Shown piece after piece: positions 9,740 to 19,503 of a DNA stretch of 38,136 bases (positions are counted from its first letter, which is position 1; every line of letters begins with the position of its first letter). The position numbers were made by a program, and so were the translations under genes. The DNA lies in assembly GCA_046582655.1 (NCBI GenBank), contig JAYGDX010000118.1, positions 1-38,136 on the forward strand. Direction: 5' to 3'. The notes under the pieces were generated by a model. It ran no database searches and was not told the origin of the DNA. It saw only the letters and a list, made by a program, of their open reading frames with translations. The stretch is from Candidatus Poribacteria bacterium (lineage in GTDB: Bacteria > Poribacteria > WGA-4E > UBA9662).

Positions 9740-10120
9740 TTACGGTTCATCAATTTTCCCCCCTTTGGCTTGCCAAACGCTCAACCCCCCAAGGTTGACG
9801 ACATTTTTAAATCCATTATCGGCTAAAATCTGTTGTGCAATTTTCGATCGCATTCCTGATTGGCAGTAAACATAGATTCGCCTGCCTCGGTCGAAGTCAG
9901 GCATTTCACCATTTTGCAGTCGTGCCAGCTCAAAATGAACTGCCCCTTTGGCTTTGCCTGCTTGCCATTCATCATCTGTCCTGACATCTATCAGGATAGA
10001 CTTGCCATTTGCTATTTCTTTTTTAATCCCAACAACATCAATACCAGTATCCGTTTTATGACAACCAAGGTACTGGACACTAATGATAACAAGACAGAAC
10101 TGTACAGCTCCGCATTTCAT
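9740..10120 (-). CDS. Rhodanese-like domain protein, probably exported
   Basis: LIDVRTDDEW, YCQSGMRS active loop, NLGGL..W; hydrophobic N-terminus ending YLGC. Confidence 0.9.
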   Translation of the reverse strand: MKCGAVQFCLVIISVQYLGCHKTDTGIDVVGIKKEIANGKSILIDVRTDDEWQAGKAKGAVHFELARLQNGEMPDFDRGRRIYVYCQSGMRSKIAQQILADNGFKNVVNLGGLSVWQAKGGKIDEP

Positions 10121-10287
10121 ATCTTTCCCCTATCGATTGATATTCTTTATAAGACACTAACATACACTTTTATCAGGAATGTGTCTATTGGATATAAATT
10201 ACTCCATTAACTACCGTCATCAATGCGAGAGAGTCGCACTACAATATGCTATTCTAATACAAAGTTACAATTAAGTTGAGGAAATGG

Positions 10288-12177
10288 ATGAATAGACCAG
10301 ATAATATTACGTGGCGAGCAGTCCTCTTAGGCATATTGTCAGTGCCACTTAATGTCTATCTGGTTGTGCAGACGGAAACGGTGTGGACTACGCAGTATCC
10401 GACCACCATGACCATTATTTTTAATGCCGTTGCCACGCTTTTTGTTTTTACCGCCCTCAATCTTTTTCTGAAGCGCTACCTGCCTGTCTGGCAATTCAAG
10501 CAAAGCGAACTGTTGACCATCTATTTGGTTGTGACATTGGCCTGCGTAGTCTGTGGTCATGACCTGCTACAAGCCACCATGTGCGTGCTAGGTCATTCCG
10601 CTTGGTTTACAACCCCTGAAAACGAATGGCAAACCCTCTTTTTCCATTTTATCCCGGATTGGATTGCTGTCATGGATACAGATGCTTTACGTGGATACTA
10701 CGAAGGAAGCTCTGATTTTCTCGTCGATAAACATGTCCGTGCCTGGATCCTGCCGATCTTTTCCTGGTTGTTTTTCTTCTCTGCCTTAGCCTTCGCTATG
10801 ATGATGTTCAGCGTAATTTTGCGTAAGCAGTGGATTGAACATGAAAAACTAAGTTACCCTGTTATCATGTTGCCGCTAGAGATGACCAAGAATACGAAAT
10901 TTTATCAAAGCCGCCTCCTATGGATTGGTTTTGGTATTGGCTTAGGCGTAGATCTACTGAACGGATTGAACCACCTTTTTCCTTTTGTGCCATTTCTACC
11001 GATTAGACATGATATCGGCAAATTCTTCACTGACGAACCATTGAGTGCCATGGGATCAACGCTAATCCATCTGAATCCTTATGCCGTGGGTATCGGCTTC
11101 ATCATGCCCCTGGACTTGTCATTTTCGTGTTGGATTTTCTATCTGTTTTGGAAAGCACAACGCGTTTTCGGTACCATAATCGGTATTGACCATATTCCTG
11201 GGTTCCCTCACGTGGATATGCAATCTTCAGGCGCTTATCTTACCTTGGCAGTCTTTGGATTGTGGGTCACACGAAGACATTTCTGGCGGGTTTGTCGCGC
11301 ATTCTTCAAACCCTCAAGGGAAGACGAAAGCAATGAACCGATCAGCTATCGAATGGCTTTGATTGGACTGATTTTCAGCACATTGATCATCATCGGTTTC
11401 TGGATGCGGGCAGGCATGTCAATTTTGGCTATTGTCCTCTTTTTCGCTGTGCATAGTGCGTATGTGCTGGCTTTCACTCGAATGCGGGCAGAGCTGGGAA
11501 CGCCAACGCAAGACTTCTACCGAGCAGGTCCCAGCTTTTTGCTGACCACGCTCTTCGGGTCTCGTGCCATTGGCCCTCAAAACTTGACTGGATACGCCTA
11601 CTTTTATGGGTTTACCCGTAACTATCGATCACAACCGATGCCAAACCAACTCGAAGGATTCAAGATCGCCGAACAGTCCGACACCAATTCGCACCACCTG
11701 CTCTGGTTAATGTGGTTATCCACCGTTTTTGGGTTGCTGGTTGGGTTTTTTGCCTTTCTCCACGCCGGTTATAAACATGGCAGTTTGGGGACTTGGCGGG
11801 GACAAGAGACCTTCAGCGACCTTCAGCGATGGCTTCTCTCTCCGAGTGAAACTGACTGGCCTAACGTGGGATTCCTGTCCTTTGGGATGATCTTAACTTC
11901 TGTCATGCTTTTCTGTCGATTGCGATTTATTTGGTGGCCGTTTCACCCGCTGGCTTATCCATTAGCCGCAAACGGAAATTTCGCCAAACTGTGGTTTCCA
12001 GTTTTTCTGGCTTGGATCATTAAATTGCTGGTGCTCCGACATGGTGGTGTCCGCACCTATAGACGGTCACTACCGATTTTTTTAGGTGCCATGCTTGGCG
12101 AGTTTTTGATGGGGACGATTTGGGCTATCGTTGGCTTGATCTTAGGCCAGCAAATGTACTCATTTAAACATTGGTAG
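10288..12177 (+). CDS. DUF6785/DUF6784-like multi-pass membrane protein (putative transporter)
   Basis: About 630 aa, many TM helices; QWIEHEKLSYP, RMRAELG, WWPFHPLAY motifs; RBS GAGGA before ATG 10288. Confidence 0.7.
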   Translation: MNRPDNITWRAVLLGILSVPLNVYLVVQTETVWTTQYPTTMTIIFNAVATLFVFTALNLFLKRYLPVWQFKQSELLTIYLVVTLACVVCGHDLLQATMCVLGHSAWFTTPENEWQTLFFHFIPDWIAVMDTDALRGYYEGSSDFLVDKHVRAWILPIFSWLFFFSALAFAMMMFSVILRKQWIEHEKLSYPVIMLPLEMTKNTKFYQSRLLWIGFGIGLGVDLLNGLNHLFPFVPFLPIRHDIGKFFTDEPLSAMGSTLIHLNPYAVGIGFIMPLDLSFSCWIFYLFWKAQRVFGTIIGIDHIPGFPHVDMQSSGAYLTLAVFGLWVTRRHFWRVCRAFFKPSREDESNEPISYRMALIGLIFSTLIIIGFWMRAGMSILAIVLFFAVHSAYVLAFTRMRAELGTPTQDFYRAGPSFLLTTLFGSRAIGPQNLTGYAYFYGFTRNYRSQPMPNQLEGFKIAEQSDTNSHHLLWLMWLSTVFGLLVGFFAFLHAGYKHGSLGTWRGQETFSDLQRWLLSPSETDWPNVGFLSFGMILTSVMLFCRLRFIWWPFHPLAYPLAANGNFAKLWFPVFLAWIIKLLVLRHGGVRTYRRSLPIFLGAMLGEFLMGTIWAIVGLILGQQMYSFKHW

Positions 12178-12276
12178 GATCCATTTGACCGGCATGGATG
12201 TCCATCGTACATCCAGATTTAAGCAGGTTAAAATGGCCAAGCAAAATCATTCCAAAGTTCCAATTGAGGTTTGTCT

Positions 12277-12700
12277 TCAACTGGTAAAACAACGATAGAT
12301 ATTATCGTCATCTGCTGTTTTAGTATAAACAGCAACTTTCCTTGCCTGATTGATAGGGACGTTGGGCAACCCAAAGCCAAACTTGCCAATTTCCGTCGAC
12401 TCATCAAATGAGTCCTCCACCCCAAGTAAGAGAGAATTGGCACATTCTAGGACCGTCATCGATGACTGCTATATTTCCGATCAAGGTGTGCTTAGTACTT
12501 GGAGGTTTATAGCGATCAAGAATGATATTAACCTGGGCAGCACCAGCTTCAATTGCATTATCAACAAGTTCTCTGACGGCGCGCGGCTGTGAGTTGAAAT
12601 TAATTATGGTCAGAAGCCGAATGCTCTTTCCACCTATAGCTGTTCTCGTGAAAGATTTTCTCAAACATGTTATGATCGGATAGGCAGGCTCAAGATCTAA
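12277..12700 (-). pseudogene. Remnant of a GHKL (HATPase_c_3, MORC/MutL-like) ATPase N-terminus
   Basis: ELVDNAIEA (N box), IAVIDDGPRM (degenerate G1 box), LTWGGG, then frameshift to IGKFGFGLPN (G2 box); truncated shortly after. Confidence 0.75.
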
Positions 12701-12792
12701 CAAGATTCTGTTGGATTTTGCAATATTCAATACCGCTGATTGAGTAATCAAGCGAATTAACCGATCACCATAACAGTTTATAGTGAAGGGAA

Positions 12793-13641
12793 ATGATCGT
12801 AAAATATCATACTACCATGCTTTTACTGGATGTTCTGATTGTCTGTTGTCTGTTAGCACCTACTTTCTGTCATGTCGGAAAAACTGGGATGGGAACTGGT
12901 TTGGCAAGACGAGTTTGATAAAGAGTACTTGGACAAATGGCAACATCAAGTTGGAAGAGGTGAAGGATATGGGTTGCCTGCTGGTTGGGGAAATGACGAA
13001 TTGCAGTGCTATACGGCTCGACCGGAGAATAGTTATGTGACAGAGGGGAAATTGATTATTCAAGCACAAAAAGAGGATTACAATGGTGCCAATTACACCT
13101 CTGCTAGGCTTCGAACAATTAACAAAGGCGATTGGTTGTACGGTCGATTTGAAATTCGCGCTAAGTCCCAAAAGGACAAGGCCTCTGACCTGCCATTTGG
13201 ATGCTGCCAACAGAAGGGGGAACGCAGGTATCTGGAAAAGGACACTATGGAACTTAGGCTGCGAGCGGAGAAATTGATATTGTTGAATTAATCGGACATC
13301 AACCCGAAAAAAATCACGGTACGCTTCTCTATGGGGGGCAATGGCCGCGCGAACAGTCTTCTTCTGAAACCTATTCCTTGGCTTCGGGAGATTTTATCCG
13401 TGAGTTTCATACCTTCTCTTTGGAGTGGGAATCTGACCAGATTCGTTGGTTTGTGGATAATGTACTGCCTGATTGGTTCTCTGAAAATGGTGCTGGTTCT
13501 ACCCCATCCGATAGAAAATTCCATTTGTTGCTGAATTTAGCAATTGGCGGTAGATTTCCGGGGCCACCAGACCTGATGACATCATTTCCAGCACAAATGA
13601 TGGTTGATTACGTCCGTGTTTACCAAAAACGTGAATCGTGA
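12793..13641 (+). pseudogene. GH16 beta-1,3-glucanase/laminarinase-like pseudogene
   Basis: Signal peptide from 12793; frameshift ~12870 to WELVWQDEFD..GWGNDELQCYT..YTSARL..YGRFEIRAK; frameshift ~13165; GL*PAIWML (TGA 13186); YGT*AASGEIDIVE (TAG 13255, catalytic EIDIVE 13270-13287); ..LNLAIGG..VDYVRVYQ. Confidence 0.92.
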
Positions 13642-13873
13642 ATGCTTACCTGATTGAAAAATGTGGCGAGAGGAAGTTTCCGTTTCGCGCTGGACGGGTT
13701 CATGGCCACTGGGATAAAAAGCAAAGCAAAATATTAAGTTCCTGAAGCGTAAGGCTCCCACATCATTAACAGGTCTAGGTGGTATTTATTTCCTGTTGGT
13801 ATCCTGATCAAATGTGAGTGAATGCTATCAGGAGAATATCAGATGCTTGCTACCAAAAGTCAGCAAATGACAT

Positions 13874-14929
13874 TTAGATAAACGGGCCTAAATCAACCCC
13901 GACTTTCTCGGCAGATTCCTCAATCTGTTGCCATGTCTGTTCTTCGATAAAGATGCCCTCTTTTCGACGCTTTTGCTCGATACGATTCTCAGGTTCGCCC
14001 GGGATGGTGATCTCGGCAAACCCGGGGGCTGTTCTGGCTGACTTGATCCAGTCAACAAAATTGTCAATCTCCTGATAAAATTCTTCAATGGGCACAAAGC
14101 TACTGATATCGAAGAGCGTCATGAAGATAGCATTCCCCAGCTTTTTAGGAGACTCTCGGCTACAACCTGCACCGCTTAATGCTCCGGAAAGAATATCAAC
14201 AACCATGCTTAAGGCAAACCCTTTATGACCAACCGTGCCTCCAAAGGGCAAGATCGCTCCCATAGGTGATTCATACAGGTCGTTGGGATCTATAGTGGGA
14301 TTTCCATTGGCGTCAATAATCCATCCTTCTGGTACTTTTTCGTTTCGGTTTCGCTTAACTCGTACCTTCCCTTCAGCAACAACGCTGGTGGTGATGTCAA
14401 CAAGAATCGGCTGATGGCTCTCTCTAGGAATAGCGAAGCAAATCGGGTTAGTGGATAAACGCCCTTCACTTCCGCCCCAAGGCGCGACCCGTGTGCCCGC
14501 TCCGTGATTATTAACCGTCAGCATAGCTATCAAGTTTTGGTCAGCGGCAATTTGCGCATAATCAGCCAAGCGACCGACATGATTGCAAGATTGTACGGTG
14601 ACGGTACTGACAGAAGTTGATTTTGCTTTTTCTATGGCAATATTTATCGCCTTTGAGGCAATAACCTGTCCAAATCCCCAATTCCCGTTGATGACGGCAC
14701 TTGATTTGGTTTGACGAAGTATTTCGATTTCATTGTTTAAAACGATGTGACCCGTTTCAATGAAACCAAGATATTGAGGGATTCGAATCACACCATGCGA
14801 ATCGTGGCCAGTCAAGTTTGCATTGGCCAGCAAACCAGCGACGATTTCTGCTTCCTTTTGAATAGCACCGACAGCTTGAAAAATACATTTTCCGACAGAT
14901 TCGAGTTGGTCAACATTAAAAACTGGCAT
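13874..14929 (-). CDS. Ldh-2 family (malate/L-lactate/hydroxycarboxylate) dehydrogenase
   Basis: GHDSHGVIRI, HVGRL, STNPI, GHKGFAL, IPGEPE motifs. Confidence 0.92.
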   Translation of the reverse strand: MPVFNVDQLESVGKCIFQAVGAIQKEAEIVAGLLANANLTGHDSHGVIRIPQYLGFIETGHIVLNNEIEILRQTKSSAVINGNWGFGQVIASKAINIAIEKAKSTSVSTVTVQSCNHVGRLADYAQIAADQNLIAMLTVNNHGAGTRVAPWGGSEGRLSTNPICFAIPRESHQPILVDITTSVVAEGKVRVKRNRNEKVPEGWIIDANGNPTIDPNDLYESPMGAILPFGGTVGHKGFALSMVVDILSGALSGAGCSRESPKKLGNAIFMTLFDISSFVPIEEFYQEIDNFVDWIKSARTAPGFAEITIPGEPENRIEQKRRKEGIFIEEQTWQQIEESAEKVGVDLGPFI

Positions 14930-14941
14930 GGTCAATAATCT

Positions 14942-16270
14942 CTAATGACTGAATCGTTGATCAATAGTTTGCATAATTGTGTCGTAGTTTGCGGGTAGCT
15001 CAACGGGCAGATTCTGATGTAGAAAGTCTACTTCTTCCTGCTGTTTGTTGTGGTAGTCAACTTTGAACTCAGGAAATTTAAGCCCGGTGGCAGTAGAAAT
15101 GACAACAGCACGGTCATTTCTCTGAATTTCCTTTCGTTCGATCAATTTGAAAAGAGCAGTCAGAGCAACACCTGTATGTGGGCAATTGAAAAGTCCTGTT
15201 CGATCTGCCAGTGCGGCAGCATTTGCTAGTTCGCTCTCTGTGGCTTGTTCAACTATCCCATTAAATTCTTCAATCACTTTAATTGCTTTTCGCACGGAAA
15301 CTGGATTGCCAATTTGTATGGCTGTGGCCAGTGTTGTTTGGGCGCTTACGCTTGAAAAATCCGTGAAATTGTTAAGGTAACTAGTATAAAGCGGGTTTGC
15401 TTTTGCAGCCTGAGCACAGACAATGCGCGGCAATTTCCTGATAATACCCAGATCCTGCATCATCAGGAATCCCAATCCTAAGGCACTGATGTTACCAAGG
15501 TTACCACCAGGGATAATAATCCAATCAGGCACTTCCCATTCGAACTGTTGAACAATCTCAATACTAATTGTTTTCTGCCCCTCAATTCGCAGGGAGTTAA
15601 TCGAGTTGGCTAGGTAGAAATAGGGAGTTTCAGCCAGCTTTTGAACGATTGCCATGCACCCATCGAAATCAGTGTCTAATGATAGTGTCAGGGCGTTATT
15701 GCAAATTGGTTGAATTAGTTGAGTCATGGAAACTTTTGCTCTTGGCAGCAGAATCACAGCCGGAATACCGGCTGCGGCGGCATATGCGGCCAACGAAGCA
15801 GAAGTATCCCCCGTTGAGGCACAGATGACTGCGCGGATATCTGTGCCACCAGATATTATCTGCTTGACCATTGAAACCAGAACGGTCATACCCAAATCTT
15901 TAAAGGATCCTGTATGGCTGATACCACATTGCTTGATCCATAGATCTGGCACACCAATTGATTTTCCTAGTCGTTCCGCCCAGAAAAGATTAGTGCCTCC
16001 TTCGTAAGTCGAAACAATATTGTCGTTATCAATATTTGGGCAAATAAGTTCTTTCTTGCCCCAAACACCGCTCCCGTAAGGGTAAGCAGTTCGCATATAA
16101 CGTTCCTCGAAAAGCGACATCCAAGCAGCAGCGCTCCGTGTCTTGAGTCTATCAACATCATGTTTGACTTCAAGCAGACTGTCACATTCGGGACACCGAT
16201 AGATAATTTCATTCAGTTCATGTCTCCGTTTGCAGCCTTGCGCACACTGAAACCAAGCGTCATATTTCAT
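14942..16270 (-). CDS. thrC: Threonine synthase (plant-like subtype)
   Basis: [10 protein letters not shown] (PLP Lys), [27 protein letters not shown]. Confidence 0.93.
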   Translation of the reverse strand: MKYDAWFQCAQGCKRRHELNEIIYRCPECDSLLEVKHDVDRLKTRSAAAWMSLFEERYMRTAYPYGSGVWGKKELICPNIDNDNIVSTYEGGTNLFWAERLGKSIGVPDLWIKQCGISHTGSFKDLGMTVLVSMVKQIISGGTDIRAVICASTGDTSASLAAYAAAAGIPAVILLPRAKVSMTQLIQPICNNALTLSLDTDFDGCMAIVQKLAETPYFYLANSINSLRIEGQKTISIEIVQQFEWEVPDWIIIPGGNLGNISALGLGFLMMQDLGIIRKLPRIVCAQAAKANPLYTSYLNNFTDFSSVSAQTTLATAIQIGNPVSVRKAIKVIEEFNGIVEQATESELANAAALADRTGLFNCPHTGVALTALFKLIERKEIQRNDRAVVISTATGLKFPEFKVDYHNKQQEEVDFLHQNLPVELPANYDTIMQTIDQRFSH

Positions 16271-16313
16271 TCTTCGTTCCTATGCTTTTAAAATAATTGT
16301 ATTTGACAGGAAA

Positions 16314-16342
16314 ATTCTAACTGAGAGTGTCTTATTCGTCAA
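16314..16342 (-). promoter_or_regulatory. Sigma70 promoter of thrC-ldh2
   Basis: TTGACG-N17-TAGAAT, near consensus. Confidence 0.7.
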
Positions 16343-16360
16343 TTTAAAAATGGGGCAATT

Positions 16361-16930
16361 CTAATTGGTGAGCAAAAACTGCTGGATTTCTTCCGCTGAC
16401 GGTAAGTCTGATAAGTCCTTGAGACCGAACTGATCAAGGAATTGATCGGTGGTTTCGAATTGGAAAGATCTGCCTGAATCTGGTGTCCGACGGGAAATTC
16501 CGATAAGCCCTTTTTCCAGAAGCGAGTTTAGTACACTATCGCTGTTGACACCGCGTACTGCCTCAACATCAGCGCGTGTGACCGGTTGTTTATAGGCGAC
16601 AATGGCTAACGCTTCAAGGGCAGCAGGTGTCAGTTTGACTCGGACCTGTTTAGTATGGAATTTACTCACCCAATCGTGGTACTCAGGGTGCGTAGTGATT
16701 TGGTATCCGTTTGCGATTTCAGTCAGTTGGAAACTTCGACCTGATTCTTGATATTCTTCTGCTAATTTTGCCAGTTCATCTTTGATTTGCTTGGATGAAG
16801 CATCGTCGATAACTTGGCAAAATTGTTCAATTGTAATGGATTCACTTGAGACGAAGAGGATGGCTTCAAGAATCGATTTTAACTGGGCTAGCGGAATTTC
16901 CTGATTGGCGATATTGGTTTGTTGATCCAT
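16361..16930 (-). CDS. scpB: SMC-Scp complex subunit ScpB
   Basis: LEAILF, AALEALAIVAYKQPVTRADVEAVRGVNS, FLDQFGL..LSDLP. Confidence 0.96.
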   Translation of the reverse strand: MDQQTNIANQEIPLAQLKSILEAILFVSSESITIEQFCQVIDDASSKQIKDELAKLAEEYQESGRSFQLTEIANGYQITTHPEYHDWVSKFHTKQVRVKLTPAALEALAIVAYKQPVTRADVEAVRGVNSDSVLNSLLEKGLIGISRRTPDSGRSFQFETTDQFLDQFGLKDLSDLPSAEEIQQFLLTN

Positions 16931-16935
16931 AATTT

Positions 16936-17703
16936 TTAACTATTTGTATCGGTATTTCGCTTTTGCAAATAGATTTCAGTGAAATGTCCAGATTGTACTG
17001 AGGTAATGTGCTTGAGTCGTATAAGCTCTAAAATGGCCAGAAAGGTTACAATTCTTTCAGCCTTATTAGCGTGGACTGGAAACAAATCGGTGAAGTTTAC
17101 TGGATCCCCGGATTCCAGCATGCGTTCGACAAACTCGATTTTCTCTTCAACCGTAATTGGTTCCTCTTGTAGCTCTTCATAGTAATCATCATCGAATTCG
17201 AATTGGCGCCGATCCTCAAGTTGTTGAAAGGCAGTAATTAGATCAAACAGAGTCGCGCGAATATGAAACTCACGTTGATCCTCAAGTTCAGTACTAACCT
17301 GCCGTTCATGGATCAGCTCTCGTGACACTGCACGCTGATTAAGCGCCAGTGTCATTTCCTTAAATTGCTTGTATTCCAGCAACTGCCGAACCAGTTGTTC
17401 CCGATCTTTGAAAACTTTGGATTGTTTCTCATCCACCTTAGGAGATGGGAGCAAGGATTGCGATTTTATCTGAAGCAAGGTAGCACCCATTACTAGAAAT
17501 TCTGATGCCACATCGAGGTCAAGTTCTTCCATCAAATTAATGTAGTTAACGTACTGATCAGTGATATCAGCTATTGACACATCGCAGATATCCATCTCAT
17601 CCTTCTGGATCAGATGAAGCAATAGATCAAGGGGGCCTTCAAAGACATCCAACCTGATCGTATAGTATGATATTTGTTGATCTAGGGATTCGGCTGTTTG
17701 CAT
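16936..17703 (-). CDS. scpA: Segregation/condensation protein ScpA
   Basis: FEGPLDLLLHLI, FLVMGATLL.IKS, VTFLAILEL; RBS AAGGA before ATG 17703. Confidence 0.96.
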   Translation of the reverse strand: MQTAESLDQQISYYTIRLDVFEGPLDLLLHLIQKDEMDICDVSIADITDQYVNYINLMEELDLDVASEFLVMGATLLQIKSQSLLPSPKVDEKQSKVFKDREQLVRQLLEYKQFKEMTLALNQRAVSRELIHERQVSTELEDQREFHIRATLFDLITAFQQLEDRRQFEFDDDYYEELQEEPITVEEKIEFVERMLESGDPVNFTDLFPVHANKAERIVTFLAILELIRLKHITSVQSGHFTEIYLQKRNTDTNS

Positions 17704-17771
17704 AATTTCCTTAACCAACTAATTGCAATTCAACTGTTGTTTGATTTGTAAAAGTATTTTGGTTTAGCAAT

Positions 17772-18734
17772 CTATTCTAATCCAACTGCGTTTCGAGCAG
17801 CAGCCAGAGTTGGCATAATGACCTCTTTGGCGCGTGCAGCTCCATCTTGCAGAACCAATTCAACATAATCCATATTGTTTGCTAATTCTTCCCGTCGTTC
17901 ACGCATTGGAACAAAATGTTCTTCAAACTTGGCAAACAACTTTTTCTTGGCATCACCATAACCCATCCCGCCTGCATGGTAGCGTTCCGACAACTTTTCA
18001 CATTCTTCTTGGCTGGCAAAAAGTTTGTACAAAGCAAAAACATTACAGGTATCTGGATCCTTTGGCTCTTCAAGGGTCTTGCTATCGGTAACAATACGCA
18101 TAATGGCTTTTCGGATCTGTTTTTTTGAACCGAAGATCTCGATGGTATTTTCGTAGGATTTCGACATCTTTTGTCCATCCACACCGGGTACGACCGCAAC
18201 TTCTTCCTGAATCATCGGTTCAGGGATTTTGAATATCTCTCCGTATTGACCGTTAAATTTAATGGCCAGGTCGCGCGCAATTTCCAAGTGCTGTTTCTGG
18301 TCCTTTCCAACGGGTACAATCTCAGATTGTACCGCCAAAATATCGGCTGTCATCAGCACTGGATAGGCAAACAACGCATGACTGGCAGCAATACCCTTGG
18401 CTAATTTATCTTTATAGGAATGACAACGCTCCAATAATCCCATTGGTGTTGCTACGGACAGTAACCAGGTCAGTTCGGTAACTTCCGGTACATCGCTCTG
18501 ACGATAGAACACGGTTTTCTGTGAATCCAAACCGCAGGCTAAAAAATCCAAGGCAACATCCAAAGTTCTTTGACGCATAATATTGGCGTCATGCACCGTG
18601 GTCAAAGCATGATAGTTGGCAATGAACAAGTAGACTTGATGTTCTTGCTGTAAGGCCAAAGCAGGTTTCATCATGCCAAAGTAATTACCGATATGCAATT
18701 TTCCCGAAGGCTGTATTCCAGATAAAACTCTCAA
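17772..18734 (-). CDS. trpS: Tryptophan--tRNA ligase
   Basis: SGIQPSG.LHIGNY, VPVGKDQKQH, KMSKS; TTG start. Confidence 0.97.
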   Translation of the reverse strand: MRVLSGIQPSGKLHIGNYFGMMKPALALQQEHQVYLFIANYHALTTVHDANIMRQRTLDVALDFLACGLDSQKTVFYRQSDVPEVTELTWLLSVATPMGLLERCHSYKDKLAKGIAASHALFAYPVLMTADILAVQSEIVPVGKDQKQHLEIARDLAIKFNGQYGEIFKIPEPMIQEEVAVVPGVDGQKMSKSYENTIEIFGSKKQIRKAIMRIVTDSKTLEEPKDPDTCNVFALYKLFASQEECEKLSERYHAGGMGYGDAKKKLFAKFEEHFVPMRERREELANNMDYVELVLQDGAARAKEVIMPTLAAARNAVGLE

Positions 18735-18822
18735 GTGAATATTCGCTCCGTTCGAAACCTTTTCTGAAAATATGATTCTTATTCTTTTAAGGATGTTCTA
18801 ATATTTGGTCATCAATCATAAC

Positions 18823-19500
18823 TTACTGTAATCTTACAATTTCGGCAATGAGCTTGAAAATTCCGTATGATAAACGACCCATCAACCTAAACACTGGATT
18901 GTATATGCCAATAAGGCCTGGTAAGAATAAAATAATCATGAATATCATCATGCCGTATTGTCTGGATCTACCAAAGATCTCGGCTTGACGTCTCGGTAAA
19001 AGTCCGTAAGTAACACTAAAACCGTCAAGTGGGAATACCGGCAGCATGTTAAAAACCGCCAGAAAGATGCTAATACGAGCTGATTGAATGATTAAAAGGT
19101 TCATGATTTTATATTGTTCGGGGGTTTTTGGATAACCCAATTGATTTTCCACTAAACTGTATACCAAAAGAATGACAGCGGCGCAAATAACGTTCATTAT
19201 CGGTCCCGCACCAGCGATAATCATCATGTCGCGTTTCGGGCTTCTTAGGTTACGCGGATTCACTGGTACCGGTTTGGCCCAACCGAAAAAAAAGCCTCCA
19301 AATAAAGCTCCAATTAATGGAAGAATAATAGTACCTACAATATCAATATGTACAGCTGGATTAAAAGAAACGCGATCCAGATCCTTTGCCGTTGGATCCC
19401 CCAGCATCTCCGCTGATTTTGCATGTGCCCATTCGTGAAAAGTTAGCAGAATAATAAATTGGCAAACTGTAATAATTGCGTCAGTGAGATTTAGTACCAT
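18823..19500 (-). CDS. Site-2 protease (M50) membrane metalloprotease
   Basis: HEWAH, GWAKPVPVNP, AGP, FNMLPVFPLDG. Confidence 0.95.
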   Translation of the reverse strand: MVLNLTDAIITVCQFIILLTFHEWAHAKSAEMLGDPTAKDLDRVSFNPAVHIDIVGTIILPLIGALFGGFFFGWAKPVPVNPRNLRSPKRDMMIIAGAGPIMNVICAAVILLVYSLVENQLGYPKTPEQYKIMNLLIIQSARISIFLAVFNMLPVFPLDGFSVTYGLLPRRQAEIFGRSRQYGMMIFMIILFLPGLIGIYNPVFRLMGRLSYGIFKLIAEIVRLQ

Positions 19501-19503
19501 CCG

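Noticed and set aside
13186..13257. Stop-codon reassignment or readthrough (TGA/TAG at Trp positions in GH16)
   Set aside because: Two different stops plus frameshifts in the same gene; TGA and TAG terminate intact genes elsewhere (trpS TAG, parA TGA).
13642..13873. Short hairpins and a 35-aa GTG-started ORF after the GH16 pseudogene
   Set aside because: Stems are short and imperfect, with no known RNA motif or protein similarity that I can support.
14942..16270. Cysteate synthase plus ComC (coenzyme M-type pathway)
   Set aside because: The PLP enzyme has typical threonine synthase motifs and no other CoM genes are present.
18735..18822. T-box leader for trpS
   Set aside because: Only 88 nt and no GGTGGNACC T-box sequence.
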